From: Octopus vulgaris
Taxonomy: Eukaryota
Assembly (NCBI GenBank): GCA_951406725.2
Contig: OX597825.1
Location: forward strand, 49,600,001-49,664,000
Length of the DNA: 64,000 nt
Reading direction: 5' to 3'
Below, piece by piece: positions 12,048-25,397 of the stretch. The notes under the pieces were generated by a model. That model was not told the origin of the DNA. It did not search any database and saw only the letters and a list, made by a program, of their open reading frames with translations. The number at the start of each line of letters is the position of its first letter. Positions within the stretch are counted from its first letter, which is position 1. Made by a program: the position numbers and the translations under genes.

Positions 12048-13109
12048 TAAAGGTAGAATACCTCGAAAATATAATAGATTTTTTAAATTATGGCAGTCTT
12101 AATTCAGGTTTTAGAATTTAGTATTCCACAGTGTATTTGAAGTACCAATGTTTTTACCAGCACCTAGGATATTTCACTGGGTCGTAACGGAAGTCCACTC
12201 CAGAGATTCAGCTATCAACAGGAAACTTTCGCAGAACCAGTGACATTGATTCTAAGAAGAGGTAGAGGCTTCCCATCGGTCTAGAAAGCCTTCGAATATT
12301 GCGTAGTATCTCTCAGACAGCAACTGTTATACCACAGCCGCAAAAAATAATTTTATAAACTTAGTGCTGAAAATCGAAGAGAACACCTTATCGGCATTGA
12401 CCCCCTCTGGCAGTACGTTGTTTTTCCTGGCAAAATCCCACATAACCATAAAACAGGTGATCTAAATTCGCTGAAAAAGGAACCTGAATTTGAAACGCTC
12501 AGGATGCAAAAAGCAAAAGTCTATACTATGAATATCCACATGAAGGAATAATGGTGAAATACTTCCAACAAAACTTATTACTAAATGTTAGCAAAAAAAA
12601 CAAACTAATAAATAAATAAATTAATTAATTAATAAAATAATATATAAATATAAAAATATATATACATATATATATATCTATATATATATAATTTATAAGT
12701 TTAAATTATTTAAATATTTTTTATTTTTAACATTTATATTTTTTAATTAATTTTATGTATTGGCTTAAGTTTTTCACTGTTTGATTTGCCTAATAGTGGT
12801 TTTATCTCTAATTTAATATAATATAATATAATATAATATATATGTATATATATCACAATAAAGTATATATATATATATATATATCACCAAATGAAACAAA
12901 CAAGTCTCTCACAATGCAGGGAAACGGTTAAATTACTGAATACCTGCGAACCTGGAAAACTACGTTGCGCGGAGACAATTGTAGTGATTAAAAATATGTT
13001 CCTCTGTACTCTTTCTTGTTGAATGAAACTTATTCAATTACACATACACACCCCAAAACACACACGCATATTCGCACACATGCGCGTAAACCACACACAC
13101 ACATATATA

Positions 13110-13573
13110 AGTCGACTGAGGGTGCTATTGAGCACCACTACTGCTAGAAAGGAGATTCAAAACAACTCATACCCACAATAAGCACTATCTTATTGTCTGA
13201 CAAGGAAGGCAACTCCCTAAGCATCAGCCATACCCAGATCATCAGTGTTTCGCATTTACGTTAATGTTCGTCAATGGCACTCACCAGCATTTGGGGTTAA
13301 AGTCAACTCGCCTGGTCAGCTTTTAAGTTTACCGTAGAAATCATACGTTGATATCATAAGCAGTAATGGTTTAAATTATGAATAAATGTGGCTTGTTAGT
13401 AATTTTTCCATCAAGCATAAATGTAAATAAGAAATAAATGTTGATCTGACTATGCCCGATGCTTCGAGAGCTTCTCTCTCTTGTCAGTCAATGAGATGGA
13501 TCTTATTGTGGCTATGAGTTGCTTTGACTCTTATTCTCGCAATACTGGTGCTTAATAACGCCCTCAGTCGCTT
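13110..13573. repeat. Old fold-back element, ~130-bp diverged inverted arms between simple repeats
   Basis: cgactgagggtgctattgagcaccact...caactcatacccacaataag is inverted as cttattgtggctatgagttg...ggtgcttaataacgccctcagtcg. Confidence 0.8.
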
Positions 13574-13884
13574 TAGTAACGTAGATATCTTTGCCTTTCT
13601 GTTGAAAAATTGCCAAAAAGCAAACCTTATATACATATATATATATTTGTATTTATATTTATATATATATATATATTTGTATTTATATTTATATTATATT
13701 ATGTTATATTATATGAAGGGCATTACTACACGTAAAAACTACCATAAATATAGAGTGTACCGACAGCGAAGGAATGCACCTTGGAAGTCGCCTCTCAGAA
13801 ACAGATTCGGCCGCAAATCATATGATTTTATTGTTAGTGGTACATAATCCACTTGCTAATCGTCAGTGTAGGCATAATCAAGAC

Positions 13885-13929
<45 letters not shown>

Positions 13930-14021
13930 CTTGTATGCATATACAACGGGGTTTCGCAGACACACAGATATATACATATATGCTTGCACACACACACACA
14001 AACACACAAACACACACACAC

Positions 14022-14085
<64 letters not shown>

Positions 14086-15685
14086 TCATTGCTAACACGG
14101 AATAAAACTGTGATATTTTCGCTTAGAGATTGATGATATTCATCATAAGCGCCAATGGGTTCTCTTCTTCATCTATTGTTGTATCCTTGTTTGTTTATCT
14201 CAATAGATCATTCCCGCACAAGCGGGCTAATAATACTGCACCATGCCAATCGCTTTCATTAGTATATTTTGAAAATTGCTTAAGCTCTATCTTCCTCTAT
14301 TTTATCTAATTATTTGATAAAGGGATCATAATCTTGGTTGTTATATATGGACGTATGTTCCACACATTTATATTTTAATTATACCTAGTGAAAGAGACTC
14401 TCAACCAATTGTTGAATAAATTCAGTTGTTTCAAGTTTTTCAAATCACAATACAGTCTATGCGCGCCTTTACTGTATTTCAATTTTAAAATATCTTCACT
14501 AAATAGATTTGTAATTCTTTATCTTAATATGAATCTTTTTTCACGTGGAACCTAATTTAATATAAATACAATGTTTTGCCAAGTTTAATTAAGAGGTATT
14601 AACGACTTTCGAAAACAGGAATCCTTTCAAATTTACTGATAGAGTCTAAGACAGAGATTATTGGCAACTTTTTAAAAACGTATTCCATATGGAGAATTTT
14701 TAAAAAAATATTTTCAATTATAAAAATGTTCCGTAAGAAACCACTATAACTGTGAGGAATACAAAAGAATTACTGTAATAAGCAAATTATTGTTATTGGT
14801 TCTTGTCTCCAACAGTTGATTAACGATACGTTACTTGAGTCATTTACCGTTACTGTAGAAATCAAAATTTAATAAACGAAGTAGTAAACTTATCGAAATT
14901 TAAAATACCTTTCATTTTCCAGATATAAGAAAGTAGTCGTCTGAAGATTACGTGAAAGATTTCTATTTTACAGGCATAGCTTCTAATCTATGATCTGTTG
15001 TGTTAAGTCATTAAGAAAAATAATCGAATGATACTATACTAGTTTTGAGATCTATACTTTCGAAGAAATCATGCAAACGAATGAAAATTGAAGGCAAATT
15101 GAATATCAATGTAGTTTTGTTACGGGCAATCAACGTGTAGGGCAAAGAAATTCTCATTTTATAGATGTTCTTTACAAACTCTGAAAAAGATTTCGTTCGG
15201 AATTACTATAATTATCCATATGTTCATAAGGTATATTCAGTACTTTCAGTTTAGGTGTAGGTACACTAAAATGCTACGCCCCTTGAGACAAGATGTAGCT
15301 GTTTTACCTGACTTATGAAACAGACTTTTACATCTTCTCAGCTCTAAATAAAAGAAAAATGATAAAGCAATTACCGCATTAGTGCAGTTGTGTTTCATAT
15401 AATTTCGTTATAACTGATGACCAATCTTTTTATCAATACTGGATTTAAATCAATTTTCTTTACTACATTATATAGGACGCATTTTTATCTCAAAAAGTTT
15501 TCAAAAACATCAACCCGGGATTTATAGGTGAATTCATTCCTTCCATACATATTAGTTTATTGCAAATATTTTCCCTGAATAGGGACTGCTCAAATAAGAG
15601 AGTGTCTAGTATATCCATGTGTTTTATGACACCATTTCCAGTAAATGTTCTTATGAAAATGAATCTACACACGCGCGAACGAACG

Positions 15686-15717
<32 letters not shown>

Positions 15718-15926
15718 GTTCAAAATTTGCAGAAAACAAAAGACGATGGCTGGTGAAGGAATAACAAACAGATGTATTAGTTTAACGCTCGGGGAAAGGC
15801 AAAATCTTTAGCCTTTCGAGGCTACGGTCTTTGAGAGAAAGGATTCAGAGAGAAAAACCGTGTAATAACGAAAAAAAGAAAAGGAAAACGGAGGAATGTA
15901 TGTATGTATGTATGTATGTATGTATG

Positions 15927-15949
<23 letters not shown>

Positions 15950-15957
<8 letters not shown>

Positions 15958-15971
15958 TAAAATATTAGATA

Positions 15972-16008
<37 letters not shown>

Positions 16009-16323
16009 GTACTACATGAGTACCAATATCGCTAATTATAGTAAAATATTACCTCTGTACCAGCGTAAAGTCACAAATCTATTACAGACAAGATAGGAAA
16101 AAATATCAGTGAACAATAATAATGTCATACCTCAAATGGGTCAGAACAAGTAAATGCTAGTCAACTCGGTACCGGTTTTGAAATTTAGCGCCACCTATAC
16201 GCGTGATGTCTCATCAGCCAAAGCCCGCCAGGTAAATAACTACTAAGAACCTCCCCCATTATGCCTGCGAAATTTCGTTTGAAGTGAACAAGCACCATAC
16301 GAACAAACGAAATGCGTAAAATC

Positions 16324-16359
<36 letters not shown>

Positions 16360-16459
16360 AAGGTATTATTAATATACCAACACAAGTGGTAAGCGAATTA
16401 TTAGCCGTACCGGCAAATTAACAAAATATATACATACAATATTAGATATGTATATATGT

Positions 16460-16532
<73 letters not shown>

Positions 16533-17050
16533 AGGGTACTACATGAGTACCAATATCGCTAATTATAGAAGTAAAAAATTACTTCTGTACCACCGAAAAG
16601 TCACAAATCTATTACAGACAAGATAGGAAAAATATCAGTGAACAATAATGTCATACCTCAAATGGGTCAGAAAAAGTAAATACTAGTCAACTCGGTACCG
16701 GTTTCGAAAATTAGCGCCACCTAGACGCGTGATTTCTCACCAGCCAAAGTCCACCAGCTAAATAACTACTAAGATTCTTACCCATCATGCCTGCGAAATT
16801 TCGTAAGACATTATTATTGTTCACTGTTATTTTTTCCTATCTTGTCAGTAAAAGATTTGTGACTTTTCGCTGGTACAGAAATATTTTTTGACTTCTATAA
16901 TTAGCGATATTGGTACTCATGTAGCACCCTCGTATATATATATATATATATGTACATATCTAATATTTTATGTATATATTTATTAATTTGCCTGTAAGGC
17001 TAATAATTCGCTTACCACTTGTGATGCTATTTTAATAATACCATCCCTAT
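15950..17050. mobile_element. HHR-bearing PLE-type terminal repeat: tandem copies (~527-bp period, internal (TA)n) followed by an inverted copy
   Basis: 16005-16280 recurs at 16532-16804. 16806-16931 and 16950-17050 are reverse complements of parts of the unit. HHRs lie on the minus strand at 16165-16223 and 16691-16749. Confidence 0.85.
16165..16223 (-). ncRNA. Minimal type I hammerhead motif (G12A-damaged copy)
   Basis: ctttgg CTGATGA gacat...atttc AAAA CCGG TA ccgag. The sister copy at 16691-16749 has CTGGTGA and an intact GAAA, so the consensus of the two is canonical. Confidence 0.8.
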
Positions 17051-17054
17051 ATTC

Positions 17055-18531
17055 ATGACGAAGGCCAACTTTTTAGATATTACGCTTAATTTACACAGTG
17101 ATTCTTACTTTCCATATCATAAACCGTTGACCAATCTTAAGTACATTAGCAAATTTAGTAATCATCCTGGAGCAATAACTAAGAATTTAGTTAAGAATAT
17201 TTAATTTAGATTATCTAAATTATCTGCTAATGTTGATATTTTCAATAATAACGCTGAATTCTATAACTCTGCCTTAATCAAAGCAGGTTATACAGAAAAA
17301 ATTTTCTACATTGATTCTGCTCAGTCTAATTGTAAATTCAATAATGTAGATAAGATTTATAGTCGTAAAAGAATTATTGATAACAAACATAACTTACGCA
17401 CCGATACAAAGCGAATGAAGGCAGATAACCCTTATTTATTCCCCTATTACCGATCTAAAAGTAAATATAACACCTTCAAAAGTAATTACGCTATGAATAC
17501 TAGTAAAAATATTTGGTTAATAATTCCTTACGGGAGACAAATTAAATCTAATCTCCCACTGCTGTTTCATCAAGCTATTGCTAGGAATTTTCCAAACAAT
17601 TCTAGATTTTACTCTATAATTAATTCACATAAGGTTAGGATAGGTTTTTTAAACACAAAAATCTCTTGCAAATTATATCTTCTCATAATAACAAACTGTT
17701 AAATATTAATACATTTACTAATACTAACATTAATTTAGCTACTACCATCCAACCCTCTAGAAATATTAATAACAAGGTTATTGTATCTGAAGTCAATTCC
17801 AATAGAATTAAATTTATGTCAAGTAACTCTAAGATTAAAAATTCTATATACCAGTGTATAATCAGTACTCGTAATAAAGTACGATTTTACATTGGAAGCA
17901 CATCGTTAGAGTTATCTAAAAGAATTTCTATCCATTACTCAACATTTAGGGATAGAAATAAACGGCATAGTACCGGTCTCAGCAAACTGATTTGGGATTT
18001 AAAAGACCACAATGAACAATTTCATTTAGAAAGGTTGATCCTCTCAATTTCGATACCATATGACAAAGGCAAGAAATTCTGTCTTCTCTGCAATTCTGAG
18101 CTATTTTTCATTATTTTTTCTAAAAATACTCTAGTAAACACGGTTATAGAACGAGCATACAGATGTAAGCATTGGCAGAAACATACTTTTAGTGCATATA
18201 AGTAGTCTCTATCATTATATATAGTTTAAACTTTAATTTCCTTTAGATTTAACATTCACTGTTAATATCCCTACTCTTTCTGTTAGCTACTTATGACGTT
18301 ATATCATATAACGTTTTTTTAAACAATATTAATAGTGTTCTGTCTATCGCTATACGAATCCATCATTTTTTGCTAAAATGTCGTATTGACGAGTTTCGTT
18401 TTTTCACTTTCCCGAAGAGAAGATTGCATTGTTTATACCTTTTCTTCTTTTGAATAAGTATCAGTGGAATTTTCGAAACATATGTAGAAAGTAAAAATAC
18501 TTGTTTAAACCTGCGTTAACTCCATTTTTTA

Positions 18532-18532
<1 letters not shown>
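17055..18532 (+). mobile_element. Penelope-like element, 5'-truncated (RT thumb + GIY-YIG + terminal repeat with HHR)
   Basis: NFLDITLNL..YFPYHKP..LKYISKFSNHP; ORF 17666..18205 contains NSIYQCIIS...FYIGSTS..LSKRISIHYSTF...TGLSKLIWDLKD...CLLCNSE...CKH. Confidence 0.92.
18406..18492 (+). ncRNA. Type I hammerhead motif in the PLE 3' terminal repeat (U4C)
   Basis: actttc CCGAAGA gaaga...ttttc GAAAC ATAT GTA gaaagt. Stem I is a perfect 6 bp and stem III is the palindrome ACATATGT. Confidence 0.8.
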
Positions 18533-18579
<47 letters not shown>

Positions 18580-19509
18580 TGTATAAAATTTGGATTACAT
18601 ACAAGGAAAAGCGTCTTAATCAAGGTTATAAAAATATTGACAAATTAGTCATAGCATTTGAATTCAATGAGCAACATCTTCAATATTTTCTAATGATAGG
18701 ATACAATATTAGTCATTGACTAATACGATGTGAAGTTCTGCATCTAAGAGTAACAGCTCCGAATGCATTCCGTTCGCATTAAGCTTTCTTAGCAACGCTG
18801 AAGCTCTAAATTCATATAAGCTCCATATATCAAAGAGTATAATTTTACACTGACGCATTTTAGTATATCTAAACAAAAGTGGTTATAGTGTAGAAAACTT
18901 AAGTAGTCACTTCCTGCCACAAAATACCAGATATTTGAATTCAGTTTTGTCATAATTTTCAATATTTGTTCCTTGTAATTTCAATGCAAATATCCCTTCA
19001 ATGACTTGGAGGAATTGTTTAATTTTTTAATTTAAAAGGAAATTTTTTTATGACACAAGAGGAATAATTTAGTGAAAATAAAACGAGCTGACATTACTGA
19101 CCAACAAGCCTAGTGAAGGTACTAACAATGCATAAACATGTTTAAGATAATTCGTTTCTGTCAGCACTCTTCTTAATTGAAGTAAATTGCATATCAACAA
19201 AAAATAATTGAAACTATAACACCTATATATTTCGGGTTTTAAAATTTACATAAAATATTTATTACAATAGCACGTGATTAGAAACACAAAATGCCCTCTG
19301 CATAATAAAAATTGATTCGGGATACAACTAAGCTGGTCTGTAATTATAATTTTGAAAATACACGTATATTTAAAACCACAACATGATGTTTACAATATAC
19401 GCGTACTTCGTTTGGTATGTAGAAAATGTTTAAATGATTTTCTTCAAAACTTTTCCTGATATTATAAATAACCTTCCGCATAATTATTAAGTCATACATT
19501 CTGCTATCA

Positions 19510-20640
19510 ACAACAATAAAGCACCATACTCAGTAACAAAACAGGCAAAGCAATATCTAAGTGAATTCCGAATACAACCAATTTCGGAATTAGAGATAGA
19601 CATACAAGAAACAAGCACAGAAAAAGCTAGGCGCATGAAAACCCGTGCCAAAACTGCTGCCTTAGATATTCTGAATAATAAATGGCAAGAAAAACCTCTC
19701 TATGGCAAATACCCAAAGAGAGCGAGTAATGCAGATATTGACAAAGCCCTGACCCATCAATGGCTAATGGCCTCTGGCTTAAAATCTGAAACAGAAGGGT
19801 TTATCATAGCAGCTCAAGATCAATGCCTACCAACTAGAAACTACCAGGCCAACATATTAAAGAACGGCAGTAGCCCAACATATCGTGTATGCCGACAACA
19901 AAATGAAACCATTGATCATGTTGTCTCCAAATGCAGTCTTCTAGCGCCTACAGAGTACCTCAACAGGCATGATAGAGCTGCACAATATATTCACTAGGTA
20001 ATTTGCAAAAACTTGGATTTGCCCCATGAAAAAAACTGGTGGGAACACAATCCACCTCCAGTGCTTGAAAATGACCATATCTCACTCCTCTGGAACTTCA
20101 CCATTCAAACTGACAGAAAGATAGATGCAAACAGGCCAGACATCATATTGAAAGACTTCAGACAAAGAACATGCCTCCTCATTGATATGACTGTCCCAAT
20201 CGATATAAAAGTATCTGTCAAGACCTACCAAAAACTGAGCAAATATAAAGATCTTGAAATAGAAATCAGCAAAAGGCTAAAACAATACCTGTTGTCATAG
20301 GTGCCCTGTGAATGATAGCGAAAGGGGCTAATTGCTACCTAACTCAGATACCAGGAAACCCCAAAATGGCAGAAATTCAAAAGATAGTGCTCATGGGAAC
20401 TGCTCATATCCTACGCAAATTACTCTCTATGTAATCCCAAGGTTTAAAACAAACTTTTTTTTAAAATTTATGTATTAGACATTCACAAGTACAACACCGA
20501 AAAAAACCCCAAATATATGGCACACTAGGCATAACAACAACGTGAACTTCCAACCTGTTGTCTCTTGAGGTCGCTGGGTGAGACTTGGAGCCAACTTGTA
20601 CAGACATAAAGCAAAAGTCAAACATAGAATAATAATAATA
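19510..20640 (+). mobile_element. R4/Dong-like RLE LINE, 5'-truncated, with (AAT)n tail
   Basis: KWQEKPLYGKY...SETEGFIIAAQDQCLPTRNY, a CCHC-type knuckle (RVC..ETIDHVVSKC), RHD, and PD-(D/E)xK endonuclease NRPDIIL...LIDMTVP...KLSKYKDL. Confidence 0.93.
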
Positions 20641-20655
20641 ATATTAATAATAAGC

Positions 20656-21178
20656 GCCCTGAAGCACTACCAGGCAGTGGTTGCATGGCTTTTAATCTTT
20701 ACTGATTGGAAGTGTTATTATGTGCATTAATTTGTCTTGGTATAAAACATGGGCTAGATCAAATATTCTGCTCAATACTACAGATTTGCTTGTCAGTTGT
20801 TTGACCATAACCAGTTGATCATGAGTCTTGTTGGCTGACGATATGTTCATCGCTGATCACGAGCAGAAGTAGTGGAGAAGCATCACAGCCGTGTGTTGAG
20901 AGGAATTCTTTAGGGTTTGGTTAATACACCTCTGGAAACATTGTTGTTTTGTTCATCAAAACCTTATTCGTTGACCTTTTGAGCGGGATAGGCTTCACGA
21001 AATGAATTTTAACTGGCCCCCCAACTGCAAGGTCATGTGCTGTTTATCTTGATATGAGATCACCATGTCGCGCACATATGGTTGTGATGTATGTACCCTT
21101 ATCAGTCGGGTAATCATGATGGGTATATTGGGCTTTCAATATTTGTGTCACTTTGAGGATATTCACTGTTCTCTCTCT
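20656..21178 (+). mobile_element. Full-length, diverged copy of the ~555-bp (AAT)n-associated non-coding element
   Basis: Colinear with the reverse complement of 41160-41713, has the same 5' end (gccctga) and is flanked by (AAT)n on both sides. Confidence 0.9.
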
Positions 21179-21200
21179 AAAAAGAATAATAATAATGATG

Positions 21201-21300
<100 letters not shown>

Positions 21301-21349
21301 TGATAATAATAATACTAATGATGATGATGATGATGATTATCAGAGTTAA

Positions 21350-21930
21350 TTGACCCGAAACTGAAAAATGGAGTATATGGAGTGCTGATATTGCAACGAT
21401 GGGATTAAGAGAGTGCACTACCTAATCTCCGGGTATAAGGCTTCAGCACCTGTAGAGTACAAATCAAAACATGACAGAGTTGGCCAATATCGACAAGGGA
21501 TAATGTTGATATTATAGAACCACAACTGCTGAAAAATGGTATAAGCACTACCCTGAGGCTGTAACTGCGTGAAAAAAACGTAACGAAACTTTGTGACTTC
21601 CCAGTATGTACAGACCGGACCAAATAAACCAAATATTTTTGTGAAAGACCAAAACAATAAAGTCTGTTTATTGATTGACATAAGCATACCATGTGGCCAT
21701 AGTATCTCGGCAAAAGAATTTGATAAGCTCAGAAAATATAAAAATTTGCTAATCGAAATCGAGATGTGAAACATCCAAACGGCTACAATACCAGGAATTG
21801 TAGGAGCACTTGGAATGATTCTTCTCTTCCTTATTTCGCCTATATAGCTAAAATCTTCAATATTTGATGAATATTGACAAGAACATCCAGCGCAAAATAC
21901 AGTCTCCTGACAATCTCTGTACATCTGCTT
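21350..21930 (+). mobile_element. Older R4/Dong-like RLE fragment
   Basis: HYLISGYKASAPVEYKSKHDRVGQY...WYKHYPE...KPNIFVKDQNNKVCLLIDISIP...KEFDKLRKYKNL...IPGIVGALGMI. Confidence 0.85.
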
Positions 21931-23349
21931 AGCTTCCTTCGAACATCAAATATATTTTTCTACGTATTATTTGACGATCACGTAATACCCTCACATACAG
22001 TTACAGTAAACTTATATAGAATGAATGTAAGTATTGACAATAGCCGAATCATTAACAGAAAACGGAATCTACTTCAAGATACTATTTGAAAAGTTACAAG
22101 TAAGAAATACAGAAAAAATTAAATGCCTCTTTACTCTTTATTAAATCTCTCTACAAGTATGATATTATGAACGAGTAGTTGCAAGTACTGTAATCTGTAA
22201 GGCGTGCTACTCTTTATATGTTCTCAAAACAATTGAATTAGAGGAAACATGTCAGATATCAGAGGAATTAAATAATGGTCCTAGTTCTAGGTTCAAATTT
22301 TTATATGATCGACAAACAAAGATGCGAAACTAGGGATAGGCAAGTCTCGAAACTGAAACGCATTACAATATTTCTATTATGAATGCCCATCACTAAATCA
22401 AAGGAATATTTTCCATTTCCTCATGGTCTAAACCCTAAATACTGCTAAAATGGATTAGCTGATTGGTTTGACTAAACGCTTCCTTCTGATGTGAGCCGAC
22501 ACTTGAGATGATGAGCTCCATTATGTACCAAGATGACAAAAGTGGAAACAGATGGGATTTTATGCGTATGCATCAATACACTGCACTAATGTCTGATGTG
22601 GGGAAGGGTTACATAGTCATCTCTATATCTTCACAATAATTTATTATTTCATAGATCAGGGAATGATGAAAGACTTGCAAGACTAAATACTGAAGTCTAT
22701 TGAAATAAACACACTAACGTTGCCGCAAGGTTCTTCTACAGCACGCACGCACACATGCAAACACACGCACACGCACACACACACACACGCACGCACACAC
22801 TCGTTATACATACAAGTATCTTTATTAAACAGCAATAAAACAAAGAAGTAGAAATAATTAAATCTTGAAGTATTTTAATTCCCAATATAAGTATACAAAT
22901 AATAGACTGTTGTCTGCTACCTAGATTATCTCTGGTCGTAATTTTAAGTAAACTTCCAGAAATTTACAACGTACATATTCATAACCGACTCTGGTTTGCT
23001 TGCAAATTCTGTCATAAACATTTTAATCGGGCCCTTGTTCGATAAATAGTGCTATAAAATTATAATATTCTTTGAAGTTACAACAGAGCAAACCATAAAA
23101 TATCCAGCCATAGTTTGGAAGAATTCTTACTTCAATTATATGCTGCTATTGAGTAACTTTCATAGATTGGTATGTACGACAGGAAAATGTTTATGCTTAT
23201 AAAGATTTATAACAGAAACATCTTTATCTAATGCTTATAAGATATTTCAGTGGAGGCAAAACTATAAAAATATATATTACATCGGTCTTTGAATTTTACT
23301 TTTGAAAATTATACTCAAAACAATGGATTAAGTTATAGGTCGGCATTCA

Positions 23350-23395
<46 letters not shown>

Positions 23396-23398
<3 letters not shown>

Positions 23399-23843
23399 TA
23401 GTTGAATGAATTATCTTAGTATGGATAATTCGGTTAACCGATACCAGGGTAGCAAATTCACGTCAGAAAAACACGGTTGCAGCTACATGCCAAGGGTAGA
23501 GATCACGTGCTTTCGTGTGGAAATTTGTGTGTTTTTTTTAATACAAATAAATGAAAGAATGGAGTTGAACGACGGTTTAACAAAATTCCTTTATTCTCGA
23601 CGTATGTTTCGAGGGCTGCATATTCCTAATTTCGAAGGAATAAGGGGTGCATTATGCCGCCTTCTCATCAGGAAAAACAAGGAACTTATGTCAGCATCAC
23701 GATGAACAAAGTTCCTTGTTTTTCCTGATGAGAAGGCGGCATAATGCACCCCTTATTCCTTCGAAATTAGGAATATGCAGCCTTCGAAACATATGACGAG
23801 AATAAAGGAATTTTGTTAAATCGTCGTTCAACTCCATTCTTTC

Positions 23844-23849
<6 letters not shown>
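23396..23849. mobile_element. Fold-back element built only from a PLE terminal repeat, with two HHRs in inverted orientation
   Basis: Arms 23547-23686 and 23711-23849 are inverted. 23396-23690 is homologous to the reverse complement of ~50055-50358. (TA)n lies on both sides. Confidence 0.92.
23594..23676 (-). ncRNA. Intact type I hammerhead motif with GUC cleavage triplet
   Basis: ttttc CTGATGA gaaggc...gccctc GAAAC ATAC GTC gagaa. The plus-strand mirror copy at 23721-23802 has GAC in place of GTC. Confidence 0.88.
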
Positions 23850-23879
<30 letters not shown>

Positions 23880-25104
23880 TATCTGCATTATGTTGAGGTT
23901 TGTTGAGAGATATTAGAGATATAACAGCTTCCATAAGAATAAAACATATAAACCAAAATCAAATAACAGTATAACCAGAAAAAATGATGGCTATAGACAC
24001 AAGAGGACAAAAGCAAAGTGATACAGTCATAGGTACGCATGTCCATTTTCATATATAAATAACATGCAGAAAGTTAGATATAGGTATAATTAGGCATACA
24101 TATACACGAACATACATATACACACATACATATACATACAGACGCATACGCACACACATACACACATGCACACACACATGCACACACACACATATATAAG
24201 GTGGGTCAGTTGTTCATAAATCAGAGTAATTCATACTTTAAAACAATTATTGAGCAGTAGTATTTAATGTAGTCGTTGGTTATGGCTGGTCAAGAAGTTA
24301 ACATTGTTTTCACGTCTATTATTCCTCTTAGCAATATAGGCGAAACAGGATACAAAGGTAAGGATACAGTCTTGACGTGAAAGTTTGGGAAAAGAAAATC
24401 GAAAATTCTTCGAAGCAAAAATCTCTTCTGGGCGAGATTGAGTTTCCGTTTGTGTCCGAAGGGGGGGCGTTTATGTACGATTTCTGTTCTCTATCCAGCA
24501 AGCGGGGAAATGCCATGTCTCCGGCACGAATTATCTCCCGTGTGGGCACAGACTAAACTCATCAGTTTTGGAATTTAATAAGGCGCCAGTGGTACAGGAA
24601 ATTTGTCAGGATACTTGCCCTCTCGGACAATCAGAGTTTGCATCGTCTGCTCCTCTTGAGGTATAGTACTGGCCGTTTTAGACGCTTCTATTTCATACTG
24701 TATGATGCACTCTTTTCTTTTAAATGCCATATGCTGTAGAACAAAGAGGCAACTTTGTGACTCTCCGAAATCCTAAAAGAGGACCTGGAGTGACTTAGTT
24801 ACTGCTTAAATGAGCCTCCCTTTGCTACAGCAATTGTCCGTGTTGTTGATCAGTGAAGATAACTTCACCTTGCCCAGAAGAGGCTTTCACTTCGAAGAAT
24901 TTCGCTTTGGACATTTTCTTCATAACCTTGCTGGTCTAGACTATTTTAATAAAGAGGTTACTTTCCTCTGGCAAGCAAGTCTGCTGTGTCACCTGCATTG
25001 AGCAATTATTGAGGTGAAACCAATGGTAACTTTTTTGATCGGCCGTAGCCAACACACATACACGCACATACATACATATATATATACATACATATATACA
25101 TACA

Positions 25105-25140
<36 letters not shown>

Positions 25141-25148
25141 TATATGCC

Positions 25149-25196
<48 letters not shown>

Positions 25197-25201
25197 GTAA
25201 A

Positions 25202-25397
25202 GATTATTTGCCAGCATAATGTGCCATTCTCAGTCGGGACGAATGTTACTGTCATTTACCCGCCCCCAAAATATTGTCTCCAGCTGACTATACGACACAC
25301 AATCTACGTTCTTGTATTTTCGACGATATTTTCTGTGTTTAAATAACAGTAGCATTTGTCCCTACCGGGACCGCCACATTATGTCGGTAAATAATCA
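25202..25397. repeat. Short diverged fold-back (~57-bp arms), with a decayed HHR-like motif nearby at 25533-25592 (-)
   Basis: gattatttgccagcataatgtg...tgtcattta is inverted as taaataacag...cacattatgtcggtaaataatc. The motif reads gggt CTGACGA ...ccataaag/ctttatgg... GAAACC. Confidence 0.7.
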
